Shown: positions 24,802-36,506, counted from the first letter of the stretch. The stretch is DNA of 64,000 bases from Zootoca vivipara (GCF_963506605.1 NC_083276.1:81468001-81532000), one strand, 5' to 3'. Notes: generated by a model from the letters alone, not told the origin. Numbers and translations are program-made.

Positions 24802-26096
24802 TTAATTTGTATGGTATTTAATTAATATGGTATCAAGAAGACCGATATCTCCAATCTGCAATTTATTCTCTTTGCCATTCCATATTGGTTCACAGGTGAG
24901 TAGTAATACTTAGGAGACTTGTATTATCCTTCCCAATTCAAACAGTGGGCACATCACTTTTTACATGAAACTTCAAGCAACATAAGGCACTCATGTAAAA
25001 GTCATAACTTAAAAAAACCAAATCTGATGGCTTAGTTGGTAACCTACACAACCATTTTAGAACAGTTCCCTACACAGAGAAGGAAACCATTTGGGTATTT
25101 CATGGAGTTAAGTTAGCTGGATCCCATGTGCCACAAGGCAAATATATTAAACTTGATCACTTTGGGGATATCATGGAGGATGCAGTAGGAAAACTTCTTC
25201 ATCCATAGATCTACAAAGCTTTACAAGCAGGAGGACATATCTGCGCACTGGAAAACCTCCTAGCCTCTCTCTTGAAAGAAAGCACATCACAAGAAGCTTC
25301 TTGTTTTAGCAGTGAAAAGAAGGAGCCAGAACACTAGCACTGTCCTTCCCAGTTCTGCATCCTGTGGTGGTGAGTTGTGATCTTTGCAGTAATTCAGTGT
25401 GATCCTGCTGCCAAATGCTTACTGCTAAAGATGAATCATAACCTGCATAGGAAAGCGGGAAAAGAGTCCAGGGGGTGGAATTGACTGTTTCACAAGAACC
25501 ATGGACTGGCTTCTATGGGTGTTCACATGCAAATGTTATGGCATGAATTCTGTTTCCCTAAAGCCATGTCCTTCAGCCTTTGCTCCCCCATTTGTTGTTG
25601 GACTAAAGCTCTCGTCATCCCTGACCACCATTGGCTAAGCTTCCTGCAGATAATAGGACTTAGTACCTAGGACTGAAGAAGACTGCTCTAAACCCATGGA
25701 TGGAAACTCTTAGGCTCTTTGTGTTGAGGGTTCTCGGGATTCTTTACTGTTAAAGTGGTGTAAGAGTCCTTTAAATGCCATGCCTGGTGTGGATGTGACC
25801 TGATGCCATCCATGTGTATTCTTTGAATTGAAGGGCAAGGTATAAATTGAAATTCTTCTGCTACCCATCACCTTTCCATTGCAACACTTCCTACAGAGTA
25901 GGACTCAAATGTGATCCACAGGCAAGGGACCAGTGCCGGATTTAGATATAAGCTAAACAAGCTATAGCTTAGGGCCCCATTCTCTTGGGGGCCCCCAAAA
26001 AATTTAAATAAAAAATCCTGGATGTGCATTTCCAAAATATAAGATAAAAAAACATTATGTTGATAAAATATATTAGGTCCATAAGTTACCATATAG

Positions 26097-26401
26097 CGGG
26101 CATGTCCAAAAGGTAGATCGTGATCTACTGGTAGATTACTGGACATCTGCGGTAGATCACTGGTAGATCACTCGCTCCCCCCAAAGAAGCTGAACAACTG
26201 TGGCTCCCCTAAGCTCAACATTTTACCCCCTCCCTGAAAAAACTCAACAACTTTGACCCGAACCACCCCCCCAAAATGTGCCTTCCTCCTTCCTAAAAAA
26301 AGCTCAACCACTTTGACCTGAATCCCCCCAAAGGGGCTAGATCACTGTCAGTTTTTAACTCTGTGAGTAGATCGCAGTCTCTTGGGAGTTGGCCACCCCT
26401 G
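26097..26401. mobile_element. hAT-type MITE nested in the previous element
   Basis: Perfect 8-bp TSD CCATATAG; internal repeats of gtagatc and ctcaac. Confidence 0.75.
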
Positions 26402-26490
26402 CCATATAGCATATATTCAACACAAAAAACAGCGACAATTTGTTGTTGACAGCTGGACATATAAAGGGCCCCATTACCTTCAGTAGCTTA

Positions 26491-26583
26491 GTAGTAGTAG
26501 TAGTAATTTATTATTTGTACCCCGCCCATCTGGCTGGGTTTCCCCAGCCACTCTGGGCGGCTTCCAACAAAGATTAAAATACA
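26491..26583 (-). mobile_element. Short L2 3' tail
   Basis: Same tail sequence as the 3245 copy. Confidence 0.75.
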
Positions 26584-26969
26584 TCAATCAAAGGGCCTCA
26601 TCAAACCTAAATCTGGCCCAGCAAGTGAGGGAAAGGAGCCAGAATCTGTGGGTATGAAGAAGGGTTGAGCAGCCCCTTCCACCCTCCTCCACCCCACAAA
26701 CAGGGCACTGGGAAATCATTCCCACATTTGCTGCTGAATATCTGTTTCCACCCACAGCTCAATAACAGTAATCTAAAAGCAATAGGATTTTTAAAAGAAT
26801 TTTTATTTATTTAACAAGATCATGTATTCCAGTAACATACAAGGATAAAGAAATAAATAAAAACAGTACAGTTCAATTAAAAAGTAACTCTCACACACAA
26901 AGTATAAATTTGGGACATTTTATTCACTTTCCTTGGTGTTGGGGGAGTAGTATTTTTAAACAAGGCTTG

Positions 26970-26970
<1 letters not shown>

Positions 26971-27032
<62 letters not shown>
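26971..27032. repeat. (TA)n microsatellite
   Basis: Direct observation. Confidence 0.95.
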
Positions 27033-27034
<2 letters not shown>

Positions 27035-28145
27035 GGTATTGTCATCTAAGTCTTGTGATATTCTCACTTAAAGCTGAAATGTTATTAATAATTCCAAATA
27101 GTAGCATATTTCACAGGAGGCATGTGAACATAGTTGAAAAGGGATCTTGTTTTGTTTGTCCTCCTGTTGAACCTTAATTTTTTTTTGTTAGTTTTCCAGC
27201 TGTCGCTATGAACCTGATTTGACTATCCCATAACTCCTTATTGAATCCTTCTGCATTTTTCTTTTTTCTTGCAATAACCATATTGTCAGCTTATAAGTAC
27301 AAAATCAATTCTTCATCTAAACCATCTTCACCTGGCCCATCCCACCAGTAATGCTAATGAAGGGATTGGTATCAATTCTTGCTTTGTTATAAAATTGATT
27401 TCTAGGAACACCATTTCCCTCTGGGCAAGACTCCCACCATAAGAGAAAATACATTCCTTTGTGTGTGTGTGGCGGGGGGGGGGGGGGTTCTTTAATGCTA
27501 ACATTTCAGGGACAGATTGGGGTTAATGTGTGATAAAATTACCAGTGTATAGTGATGACTAAATATTACTTTATTCTTGAATCTTCACTGAGATTGATTT
27601 CATATGCACCTAGTATTTCCCATTTAATTGGCTCAATAGCATAACACAAATCCTATTCCCAACATTTTTGTAATCCTGTTCCATATCTAACTTTGTCAAT
27701 ATTCTCTAAATTTGGGTGTCCTGTCAAAAAATGAAACACATTCTTTAGAAATAAATTTATATTTAATTTATTTCCTGTAACTCAAATTCTGGGTTATAAA
27801 TATTTAGGAATGAACTGCAGTTTATCTCTAAACTTTGAGGGCTTAGAAACTGAAGCATAAAACTGGGGATCCCATTAAGCTCTGATCATCAAAGGACTTG
27901 TAATCAAAACACAAAACTGACCATTACAGTTTATTAATGAAATCATTTTTGCCTGGTATAAACACCTGAGTCCTGGCCTTGATGTTCTCATTAGTCAGTG
28001 GACTTGATGTTCTTCCAGGTAGTATGTTTCCTTTCCTGTTGGAGCCTATTTTTCAATATCAGATACACCCAGGCTCTCTAATTAGCACTGATGCTATCTT
28101 ATTTTTCATCCTCATTGCTCTGTAGAACGGGAGCTAGTCGGTTGG

Positions 28146-29099
28146 ATGCTCCAGGGGAACTGCACTGCAATGATGGACTTCATGCTGCTGGCTTTTCCCA
28201 CCCAGCCAGAGTGTCAGATCTTACTTTCCCTGGGCATCAGCATGATCTACGCAGCCATAATCACAGGGAACGTACTCATTATGGTAGCTATCTGGGGCAA
28301 CCCTCACCTGCACACTCCCATGTACTTCTTCCTGGGGAATCTCTCTGTGGTTGAGCTCTGCTACACAGCAGCTGTAGTCCCACAGATGCTGCTGAGCAGC
28401 TTGCAGGAGAGGAAGTCCATCACTTTTAGAAGTTGCTGCGCTCAGATGTTCTTCTTCATTGGACTGGGCAGTGCCGACTGCTTCTTACTGGCCATCATGG
28501 CATACGACCGCTATGTAGCCATTTGCAAACCCTTGCACTATACCCTCATCATGACGCAGCAGCTGTGCATTCAGCTAGTAGCTGCCTCCCTGCTGATTGG
28601 TTTCTTGATTTCATTCATGCTGGTGTGGCTGGTCTTCCACCTCCCCTTCTGTGGCAGGCATGGAATTGAACACTTCTTCTGCGATGTGCCACCTGTATCA
28701 CAGCTCACCAGTAGCAAGACCAAGTTCGATGAGGTTGGGGTGTTCCTCACTGGGATAACGGCCATCGCTGTACCCTTCATATTGATCTGCGCCTCTTACC
28801 TTTTCATCGCTGTTACAGTGTTGAGGATCCATTCTTCAGACAGTCGCCGAAAAACCATCTCCACTTGCTCCTCCCACTTAGCTGTGGTGGCCCTGCAGTA
28901 CGGTTGCTGCAGCTTCATGTACCTGCGTCCAAGCTCCAGCTTTTCTCCAAAGCAAGACCAGATGCTATCAATGGTGTACACTCTGGGTACACCACTACTT
29001 AACCCCATCATATACAGCCTGAGGAACAGAGAGATGAAAGTAGCCCTGAGGAAAGTCATCAGACACCGAATCTTCCAAAGGGAATCTGAATGCCACTAA
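28146..29099 (+). CDS. OR10W1: Olfactory receptor, OR10W1-like (317 aa, intact)
   Basis: OR motifs LHTPMYFFL, MAYDRYVAIC, STCSSHL. IITGN, GSADCFLL, GIEHFFCDVPPV and PKQD..VYTLGTPLLNP match recalled human OR10W1. Confidence 0.88.
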   Translation: MLQGNCTAMMDFMLLAFPTQPECQILLSLGISMIYAAIITGNVLIMVAIWGNPHLHTPMYFFLGNLSVVELCYTAAVVPQMLLSSLQERKSITFRSCCAQMFFFIGLGSADCFLLAIMAYDRYVAICKPLHYTLIMTQQLCIQLVAASLLIGFLISFMLVWLVFHLPFCGRHGIEHFFCDVPPVSQLTSSKTKFDEVGVFLTGITAIAVPFILICASYLFIAVTVLRIHSSDSRRKTISTCSSHLAVVALQYGCCSFMYLRPSSSFSPKQDQMLSMVYTLGTPLLNPIIYSLRNREMKVALRKVIRHRIFQRESECH

Positions 29100-29672
29100 A
29101 CTTCATGCATTGCGGGCTGGTGGTCACAAGTATCCTTGACCTCTTTCATGGAGAAATCACTTCTAGGCCCCAGAGGAGGACCAACATGTGTTACGGTATC
29201 TCAGCCAGACTAAGCAGTTTCTGGGTAACTTAGAGCAGTATCTTGATGAGTGCATTCCAGACAGAGGCTTAATAATGCAAATGGACCATTCAGATATTGC
29301 AAATAGGTCATTGGCAATTGTCTGTTGTTGTTGCTTTAACTTATCAGATTTCCCCCCAAAAAAGAGTAAATCTGAATTAAAGGGCACTTTGGTGCTGACA
29401 ATGTCATGTGATCTCCACAAAATACTTACATCATGAGCTGTACCCAACCCAGAATTAACACCCACCTGTGTGCTCTCAAGATAGAACTATACTGTGATTA
29501 ATTTTGTATGCTGGACTAAAAAGTCAGATCTCAGAACTCAACTTGAATTCAATTAGCAACAAAGAGGCTTTTCTTCTGTGAACACGATTTCTGGGAACAG
29601 GGTTATCCGTGTGGGTTGCCCCAAGGCAGTAACTGAAAGAGTGTTGGTTCCCCAATGACACTGCTGTATTCC

Positions 29673-29717
<45 letters not shown>

Positions 29718-29943
29718 TTATTACTTCTACCCCACCCATCTGGCTGGGTTTCCCCAGCCACTCGGGGCGGCTTTCAACAGAACATTAAAAACAGAATAAA
29801 ACTTCAAACATTAAAAAATTCCCTAAATAGAACTGCCTTCAGATGTCTTATAAAAGTCGGATAGTTGTTTATTTCATTGACCTCTGACGGGAGGGCATTC
29901 CACAGGGCGGGCGCCACTACCGAGAAGGCCCTCTGCCTGGTTC
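29673..29943 (-). mobile_element. L2 3' fragment with (TTA)n tail
   Basis: [15 protein letters not shown] peptide; homologous to the 3245 copy. Confidence 0.85.
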
Positions 29944-30328
29944 TAAGAAACCTAGAAGATGGTTGGAAGGGGCAACTCATCTGCATATCCCCCTTCTAGC
30001 CAGAGGGCAAAGCGCTTATGTGTGTGAAAAAAACAATAGACTGCAGCTGAGACAGAGAGCTTGGTTGGGGGCTCTGTAAGTATATAAGGATCTGAGGGCA
30101 TTGGCTGTCTTTCCTGGAGATCTGTGAGGTTCAGTTCTCTGTCAGAGTGTTTCATCTGTGTGGCTCCACCTGTGCTCAACATGTATATTTGTAAATAAAC
30201 ACAAATATTACAAAATGTCAAATAAGCTTTCAGCGGCCTCCTTCCCAAGTAAACCAAACCCAGATAAAAACTGAACCTTTAGAACTACTCGTTGTTCAGG
30301 GAAATGGAGTGAACATAACAATCTATCA

Positions 30329-30469
30329 TGGGACAGCTCAGTCAGTAGAGCATGATACTCTTGATCTCAGGGTCATAGATTTGACCCCCATGTTGGGTGG
30401 AAGATTCTTACATTTCATGGGGTTGGGCTAGATTATCCTTGTGGTCCCTTCCAACTCTATGATTCTATG
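30329..30469 (+). mobile_element. tRNA-derived SINE with CR1-like tail (inverted relative at ~46529..46670)
   Basis: agctcagtcagtagagcatga.actctt.atctcagggtc tRNA-Lys-like head plus cccttccaactctatgattctatg tail. Confidence 0.65.
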
Positions 30470-31550
30470 CAAGACACAAAGTTCCCCATTCTGCATTTTC
30501 CTCATGAGGCAAGCACATCATTTTTGTTGGTTCAAGAGGAAAAGAAGTAGTATAAAAAAATAGAATTCCTGGATTCTAAGATCCAAGTTTGGGGCATGAC
30601 CAAATGGCACCTGTGTGTCGCTTATAGTGTCTTCTTTGCCCCTTAGGCAAAGCTCTCTCACCAGGCTACTATCAGCTGAAAATAAAATTGTGTATTTGTG
30701 AGTCCTGTGGAGCCCATGGGATAGGGTAGGAAAGAAATAGTTATGAATTAGAAGTTATTTAAATTGCTCCCATCAGCAATAGCTTTCTATAGTGAAGATG
30801 AACTAGGTCGAAGCGATACATTTAAGTCAAGAAAACAGTATTAAAGAATTCCCAGGAGCAGCTAAGATTAAAAAACAAACATATTTGTAGTTCTTTGTCA
30901 TTATCTTCCTTCACTCCCTATTCACTGCAAAAAGTGCTAATTGAGGTGGAAGGGATGTTGCTGTGCAAATGTGGTCTGGGACCACCGGTGAAAAGAAGGA
31001 TCGCGTCACATGCAGACCACCAACAACATATTTCATTCATATTTACACACATCCAAAAACATCCTGAGAGTTCTGGCAAAATGTGTGATTACTTCCATTA
31101 TGGAAGTAATATTGAGCTCTGCTGGTGAAGTCAAGCATAGAGGACAGAGGGCAGGGTTGTACGTTGTGGAAATAGCAGGCAACCTCTGCAGCAGGGTAGA
31201 AGCAATAGCCTTTCCCAAACTGGCGTCATGACATTTCTTGGGAAGAGATTGGCCCTGCAGTTCAACCCGTGCTTAGCAGCACTTCCAACATAACACTTCA
31301 GAGATAAGCCTCTGAAGACCCATGTCTTACATTGTGTACAAATGTTACTAAGGAATGGTTATATCTCCATCTGTCTCATTGCAAAGATAAAGGAAAAAAA
31401 GGAACTCATATAACCTGTGGTTGGTTTCTGAATTCATCTCCACAGTGATAACCATGTAGATATTGTTTTTAAGTGACACTTTCATACATGATGCATATTT
31501 AAAGTAATATAAGAAGCCTCTATGAATGTACTTGGAAAAAACAGAACATA

Positions 31551-31778
31551 CAGTGGTACCTCTACTTACGAATTTAATGCGTTCCGAACGCACATTTGCA
31601 AGTCGAAAAAAATTGTAAGTCGAATCCCATAGGAATGCATTGGGAGGAAAAAAATTGTAAGTCGAAGCAACCCTATCTAAAAATTCGTAAGTAGAAAAAA
31701 TCCTATCTAAACCGCATCCAAGATGGCGGACGGAGCTCCATTCGTAAGTAGAGTTATTCACAAGTAGAGGTACCACTG
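31551..31778. mobile_element. Tc1/mariner-type MITE
   Basis: TA|CAGTGGTACCTCTACTT...AAGTAGAGGTACCACTG|TA; shares tcccataggaatgcattg with the 341 element. Confidence 0.85.
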
Positions 31779-31929
31779 TATTGGGTTTGATTGCCATACC
31801 CTCAAACATGGTTGGGAGAACATGTGGCTCTCCGGATGTCACTGGGCAACAGCTTCCATTCCACCTCAGTATGACCAATGATCAGGGATGCTGTGGGTTG
31901 TAGCCAATCAGCATCTGGAGGGCCACAGA

Positions 31930-32172
31930 CACTGGTGGAGGATGAGGAGTGGGGGGGGAGCACACCGCCCCCGGCAGCGCGATCCCGGTGGGGTGCCATC
32001 GCAGCTGTCCCCCCCCCCGTGCTGGGCACCACACCCCTGTAGGTGGCATGACACACCCCTGCGGGCAGCACACCACGTCCCCAGGACACGCACCACGCCC
32101 CTGGGACGTGTGCCAGCCCTGTCCCCACCTGCTCTCCGCCCCCTGGTGCCAGAGCATGAAGCTCCACCACTG
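31930..32172. mobile_element. GC-rich hAT-type MITE nested in an older MITE
   Basis: Perfect 8-bp TSD GCCACAGA; homologous to 16439..16646. Confidence 0.8.
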
Positions 32173-32269
32173 GCCACAGATTCTCCATCCTTGCCTTTTA
32201 AAGAAAACATGCCTTATTTAATACACCAGAACAGTGAACACCCCTGTTCTTCATGCACCTCCCTTCTAG

Positions 32270-33411
32270 ACAGTGCCACCTGTTGGGAGTGCCTTCCAGG
32301 ACAATGGCCCAGCGAGCAGCAGGACAGATGCATCCCAACCATCTTTGACTTCTTGTCCTACACAGAAGCTTTGGGTGTGGTGCTGGCAACCTGCAGTTCC
32401 TTGTTCTTCTTGCTCTCGCTGTCAGTCTTGGGTATCTTCATACAGCATCACCACACCCCAGTTGTCAAGGCCAACAACCACAAGCTCAGCTACCTCCTCT
32501 TGACCTCCCTGGCTCTCTGCTTCCTCTGCCCTCTGATGTACCTTGGGCACCCATCCCAGCTCACTTGTTCCTTCCGCCAGGCTGCCTTTGGCCTGGTCTT
32601 TGCCATTTGCCTCTCTGCAACCCTGGCCAAGATGGTGACTGTGGTGATGGCCTTTGGAGCTTCTAAGCCTGGCAGCTGCCTCCAGAAGTGGGTGGGTTAT
32701 AAGCTCCCTGGCGCTCTCACCCTGGGCTGCTCCCTTGTCCAAGCTGCTGTATGTGTCTGCTGGATAACGGTTTGCCCCCCGTTCCCATTACAGAACCCAC
32801 TACATGGGGGGCCTCTTGTGACCCTGGAGTGTGACAAAGGCTCAGTTGAGTTTTTCTACACCATGCTGGGGTACCTAGGCTTTCTAGCCACCATCAGCTT
32901 AGGGGTGGCCTTCCCAGCTTGCCAGCTGGCAACAGCTTTCAACGAGGCCCAACACATTGCCATCAGCATGCTGGTCTTCACTTTCGTCTGGGTCTCCTTT
33001 GTGCCCTCCTATCTCAGTGCCACAGGGAAGTACACGGTGGCCGTGGAGATCTTCGCCATCCTGGCTTCTGGAGCTGGTTTGCTGGCTTGCCTCTTCTTCC
33101 CCAAATGCTACATCATTATTTTGCACCCTAAGAAGAATAACAGGGACCACCTGATGGGCAGACAAAGGAGACTTTGCTTATGCTCCATGAGCTACAAATG
33201 GACAGCACATATATTTAGGAAAAGAGTTTCTGTCCCACTTTTGTCCCACTTTTCTGTTTATCTACACCAGGCCTGGGGAGCCAGAAAGAGCCCCTTTGTA
33301 AAGAGCACAGCACCTAGAAGCACCGATGGTCAGCTGATCTCTGCTTCAGAAGCCCCTGTTGGCCCAGCCCAGCCATCTTTTTACCTGTCCACACTTGATG
33401 CCATGTTATGA
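32270..33411 (+). pseudogene. Vomeronasal type-2 receptor (V2R / class C GPCR) terminal exon: end of Cys-rich domain plus 7TM; no upstream exons recognised, probable relic
   Basis: Acceptor cccttctag|AC at the canonical phase-1 Asp. CWEC..WP..QDRCIP, TPVVKANN, RQAAFG, LEC..GS, GYLG, FNEA, SMLVF..VWVSF, GKYTVAVEIFAILAS, PKCYII. Frame open to 33411 but several conserved Arg are replaced. Confidence 0.8.
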
Positions 33412-33467
33412 CATCAGCTGTAGAGGCAAGTGAGCATGTCTTGGGGCAAAATTTTAAAAAGGCCTAG

Positions 33468-33627
33468 TGTTTAGGGAAGCTTTAAATGTTTGACGGACTA
33501 TTGTATTTTAATATTTTGTTGGAAATCCGCCCAGAGTGGCTGGGGAAACCCAGCCAGATGGGCAGGGTATAAATAAATTATTATTATTATCATTACTAGT
33601 ACTACTACTAGTAGTAGCAGTAGTAGT
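33468..33627 (+). mobile_element. L2 3' tail
   Basis: Reverse complement of the 3245/40043 tail. Confidence 0.75.
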
Positions 33628-33706
33628 GGGCCACATGGGAGGAGGAGCCTTGGTTCTCAGCCGGGAGGTTTCTCACTGGTGATCTACACCCAAGGCAGCT
33701 TACAAC

Positions 33707-34361
33707 CAGGGCCGGATTTAGGTTTGATGAGGCCCTAAGCTTCTGAAGGTAATGGGGCCCTTTATATGTCTAGCTGTCCTTTGTCAACAACAAGTTGTCG
33801 CTGTTTTTTGTGTTGAATATATGCTATATGGTAATTTATGGACCTAATGGGTATCTAAAGCCATTTGCACATAACAAAATATGTATTTTATCAAAGTAAT
33901 TGTTGAACTGAAATGCAATTAATAAGAAGTATATTAATAGTGAAATCATTTTTAAGTTCTAACTTAAAATGATTTTTTATTCATAACAAACTGAATAATG
34001 CAAACACATCATTTGGCAACAACAAAAGTTCATTTAGAAATGAGTTAAAGCAGTGATATCTTGGGGAGCAGGCTAGCAGGCGGGGCCCATTACTTACATC
34101 ATAGAAATGCTTTGATGGTGTTTCCTGCTCGGCAGGGGGTTGGACTGGATGGCCCTTGTGGTCTCTTCCAACTCTACGATTCTATGATTCTATACACAAC
34201 ACAAAACACTGTTGCTGTATGTAGGTTTTATTTCATTTTTTTTATCTTATATTTTGGAAATGTACATCCAGGGGTTTTTTTTCCTTTAATTTTTTGGGGA
34301 CCCCCAAGAGAGTGGGGCCCTAAGCTATGGCTTGTTTAGCTTATATGTAAATCCGGCACTG
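33707..34361. mobile_element. hAT-type non-autonomous element
   Basis: TIR CAGGGCCGGATTTA / TAAATCCGGCACTG; perfect 8-bp TSD CTTACAAC. Confidence 0.85.
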
Positions 34362-35555
34362 CTTACAACACCAGCAATTAAACTACAGTCAAGCGATGAG
34401 CATACTAAAAATTAAATGTGACATTCAATTAAACGAGTCCCGTCAACAAAAGCCCTGCACAAAGACTTCTGCTTATGCAACAGGGCTTTCTCCTCCCTCT
34501 GCACCCCTTGAAATTGGTTGGGAGTGGGTCCAGGTTAACCCCAGAACAGCACATAGTGGGAAGAGGGGGGGGGGCGTTGAATCAGGTAAGCAGAAATGAA
34601 ATGAAGGGAAGAGTGCAATGCTGAATTCCACTCTAAGTAGTTAATAGTGGCAGGGACAGCAGCACATAAATGCACAAATATCTTGAGGGGAAAAGAATGG
34701 AGTTCCCATCTTCTTTGGACTGTTTCCACTCATTTTTGAGCAACTTTCATGTGGAAAGGAGCAGAACTCCTTCCACCAATATCCAATATAATAAAAGTTT
34801 TTTCACAGGGACTTCATGGCTTACCATGCCTTGCGCTGAAAGGGAGGAAATGCTGCCATGTACATGGATATATTCTTGTTAAACTTACATTGTATTGATG
34901 TTTAACTGTCCAAACTGAAAACCAGGTCTAGTCAGTAAGATGTTGTAGGGATAAGAAAGCTGTGTTGTCAGTGGTTTCACAGAAACATGCCTTTCTCTGG
35001 GAAGGGATTTACTTATTTAGATTTCTAGGACTGTTATATCACTCCTCAGAGCAAGCAGCAATGAAGCTGAAGTGATAGAGAAGAATGTGATGTGGTTTTG
35101 ATAGGAGTTTGGTACAGCTATTTTTGTTTAATCAGTTGAAATATCATTAGCTGTTATTTTGATACAGATGTATGGATTTTAATTTTATTTTTTTAAATAT
35201 TACCTGTTACACATTTTCTTCAGAAAATAAAATGGGAGGGGGCATAAATATGCAGTTAAATATCTCCCTGCCCATAACTCTAGAGTAGATTCTCATTTGG
35301 ATCAAGTTACCGTGCCAACAGCAATCTTGCACCAACAGCAATTCTGTAAGATAGTTTTCCATCTACAAAAAAATCCAACCCAAGGTTAAAAGGTGACAGC
35401 TTACCTGTGATCCCTCAGCTAAACTGGGATTGGAACGAGAAGAGTGGAGCAAAGGGAGCTATTAAGGATGGTTCTCAGGTAGATAGGAATGGCTTATGCT
35501 GCAAAATATCCCTCCAACCCCCAACCCCCCCAGAAGAAATCAGGTTGAGTTCTTG

Positions 35556-36506
35556 TCACGTTGCAAGCTGCTTATTCTTGGAAATAACCCTGTATAAGGC
35601 CCCCTTCACTTCTGCATTCCGTAGGCTATAGATGAGGGGGTTGAGCACAGGGGTGACTATTGCATAAAATACTGACACCACCTTGTTGAGGTTGATCGAC
35701 GAGGCCACCTTAGTACGTACATACATGAAGAAGAGTGTCCCATAGAAGATGGACACCACTGTCAGGTGAGCAGTACAGGTGGAAAACGCACGGCGGCGCC
35801 CTCCGAAGGAATGAATCTTCAGCACTGTGGAGATAATGCGGACATACGACACTACAATGACAATAGAGGAAACCAGGAGCACCATCAGCGAGACCAGGAA
35901 GTCAACCGTCTCCTTCAGGGAGACGTCGGTGCATGAGAGGACGATGAGTGGAGAAGCATCACAGAAGAAGTGGTCTATAACATTGGGGCCACAGAAAGTC
36001 AACTGGGACATGAAGTAGATGGGCAGTGCCGGGGTGAGGAACCCCACGAGCCACGAGCCAGCAGCCAGAAGCATGCAAACATCTCGGCCTACCATCTCCT
36101 GGTAACGCAGAGGCACACAAATAGCCACATAGCGGTCATAGGCCATGGCTGCCAGCAAGAAGCACTCAGTGCTGCCCAAGAAGGTGAAGAGGTAAAGCTG
36201 GGCCAAGCAGGCGGAATAGGAGATCATTCGACCACCAGGAGATCCAAAGCTGGCCAGCATCTTGGGCACAGTGAGGGAGGTGTACCACATGTCCAAGCAG
36301 GAAAGGTGGAGGAGGAAGAAATACATGGGGGTGTGCAAGCGCCTTTCTGTTGCCACCACCAGGACCAGGATGCCATTTTCGGTCAGGGTCAGCAAATACA
36401 TGACCAGGAAGAAGGCAAAAAGAGGCAGGCGCCCCTCATTGATGCCTGTGAAGCCCACCAAGACAAACTCTTCCACAAGGGTCCAGTTCTCATGTTGAGG
36501 CTGCAT
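35556..36506 (-). CDS. OR6Q1: Olfactory receptor, OR6Q1-like (316 aa, intact)
   Basis: OR motifs present. MQP..NWT, GPNVIDHFFCDASPL, KETVDFLVSL, FYGTLFFMYV.TKV.SSIN.NKVVSVFY match recalled human OR6Q1. A splice acceptor (ctcttag) lies immediately before the ATG. Confidence 0.92.
   Translation of the reverse strand: MQPQHENWTLVEEFVLVGFTGINEGRLPLFAFFLVMYLLTLTENGILVLVVATERRLHTPMYFFLLHLSCLDMWYTSLTVPKMLASFGSPGGRMISYSACLAQLYLFTFLGSTECFLLAAMAYDRYVAICVPLRYQEMVGRDVCMLLAAGSWLVGFLTPALPIYFMSQLTFCGPNVIDHFFCDASPLIVLSCTDVSLKETVDFLVSLMVLLVSSIVIVVSYVRIISTVLKIHSFGGRRRAFSTCTAHLTVVSIFYGTLFFMYVRTKVASSINLNKVVSVFYAIVTPVLNPLIYSLRNAEVKGALYRVISKNKQLAT

Larger units (their letters stand above)
25931..26621. mobile_element. 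hAT-type non-autonomous element (same family as 33707..34361, inverted) carrying nested insertions
   Basis: TIR CAGTGCCGGATTTA / TAAATCTGGCCCAG; long homology to the 33.7 kb copy. Confidence 0.75.

Noticed and set aside
26120-26340. CRISPR-like or other spaced repeat arrays (also 48380..48580)
   Set aside because: Degenerate internal repeats of MITEs in vertebrate DNA; no constant repeat-spacer period and no cas genes
30600-31500. Possible upstream V2R Cys-rich exon
   Set aside because: No frame gave the expected CS..C..G..K...CC..C..C pattern by eye; needs TBLASTN to exclude fully
31888-33411. 507-aa ORF as a complete single-exon gene
   Set aside because: The first ~100 codons are MITE-derived and receptor homology begins exactly at a splice acceptor (32270)
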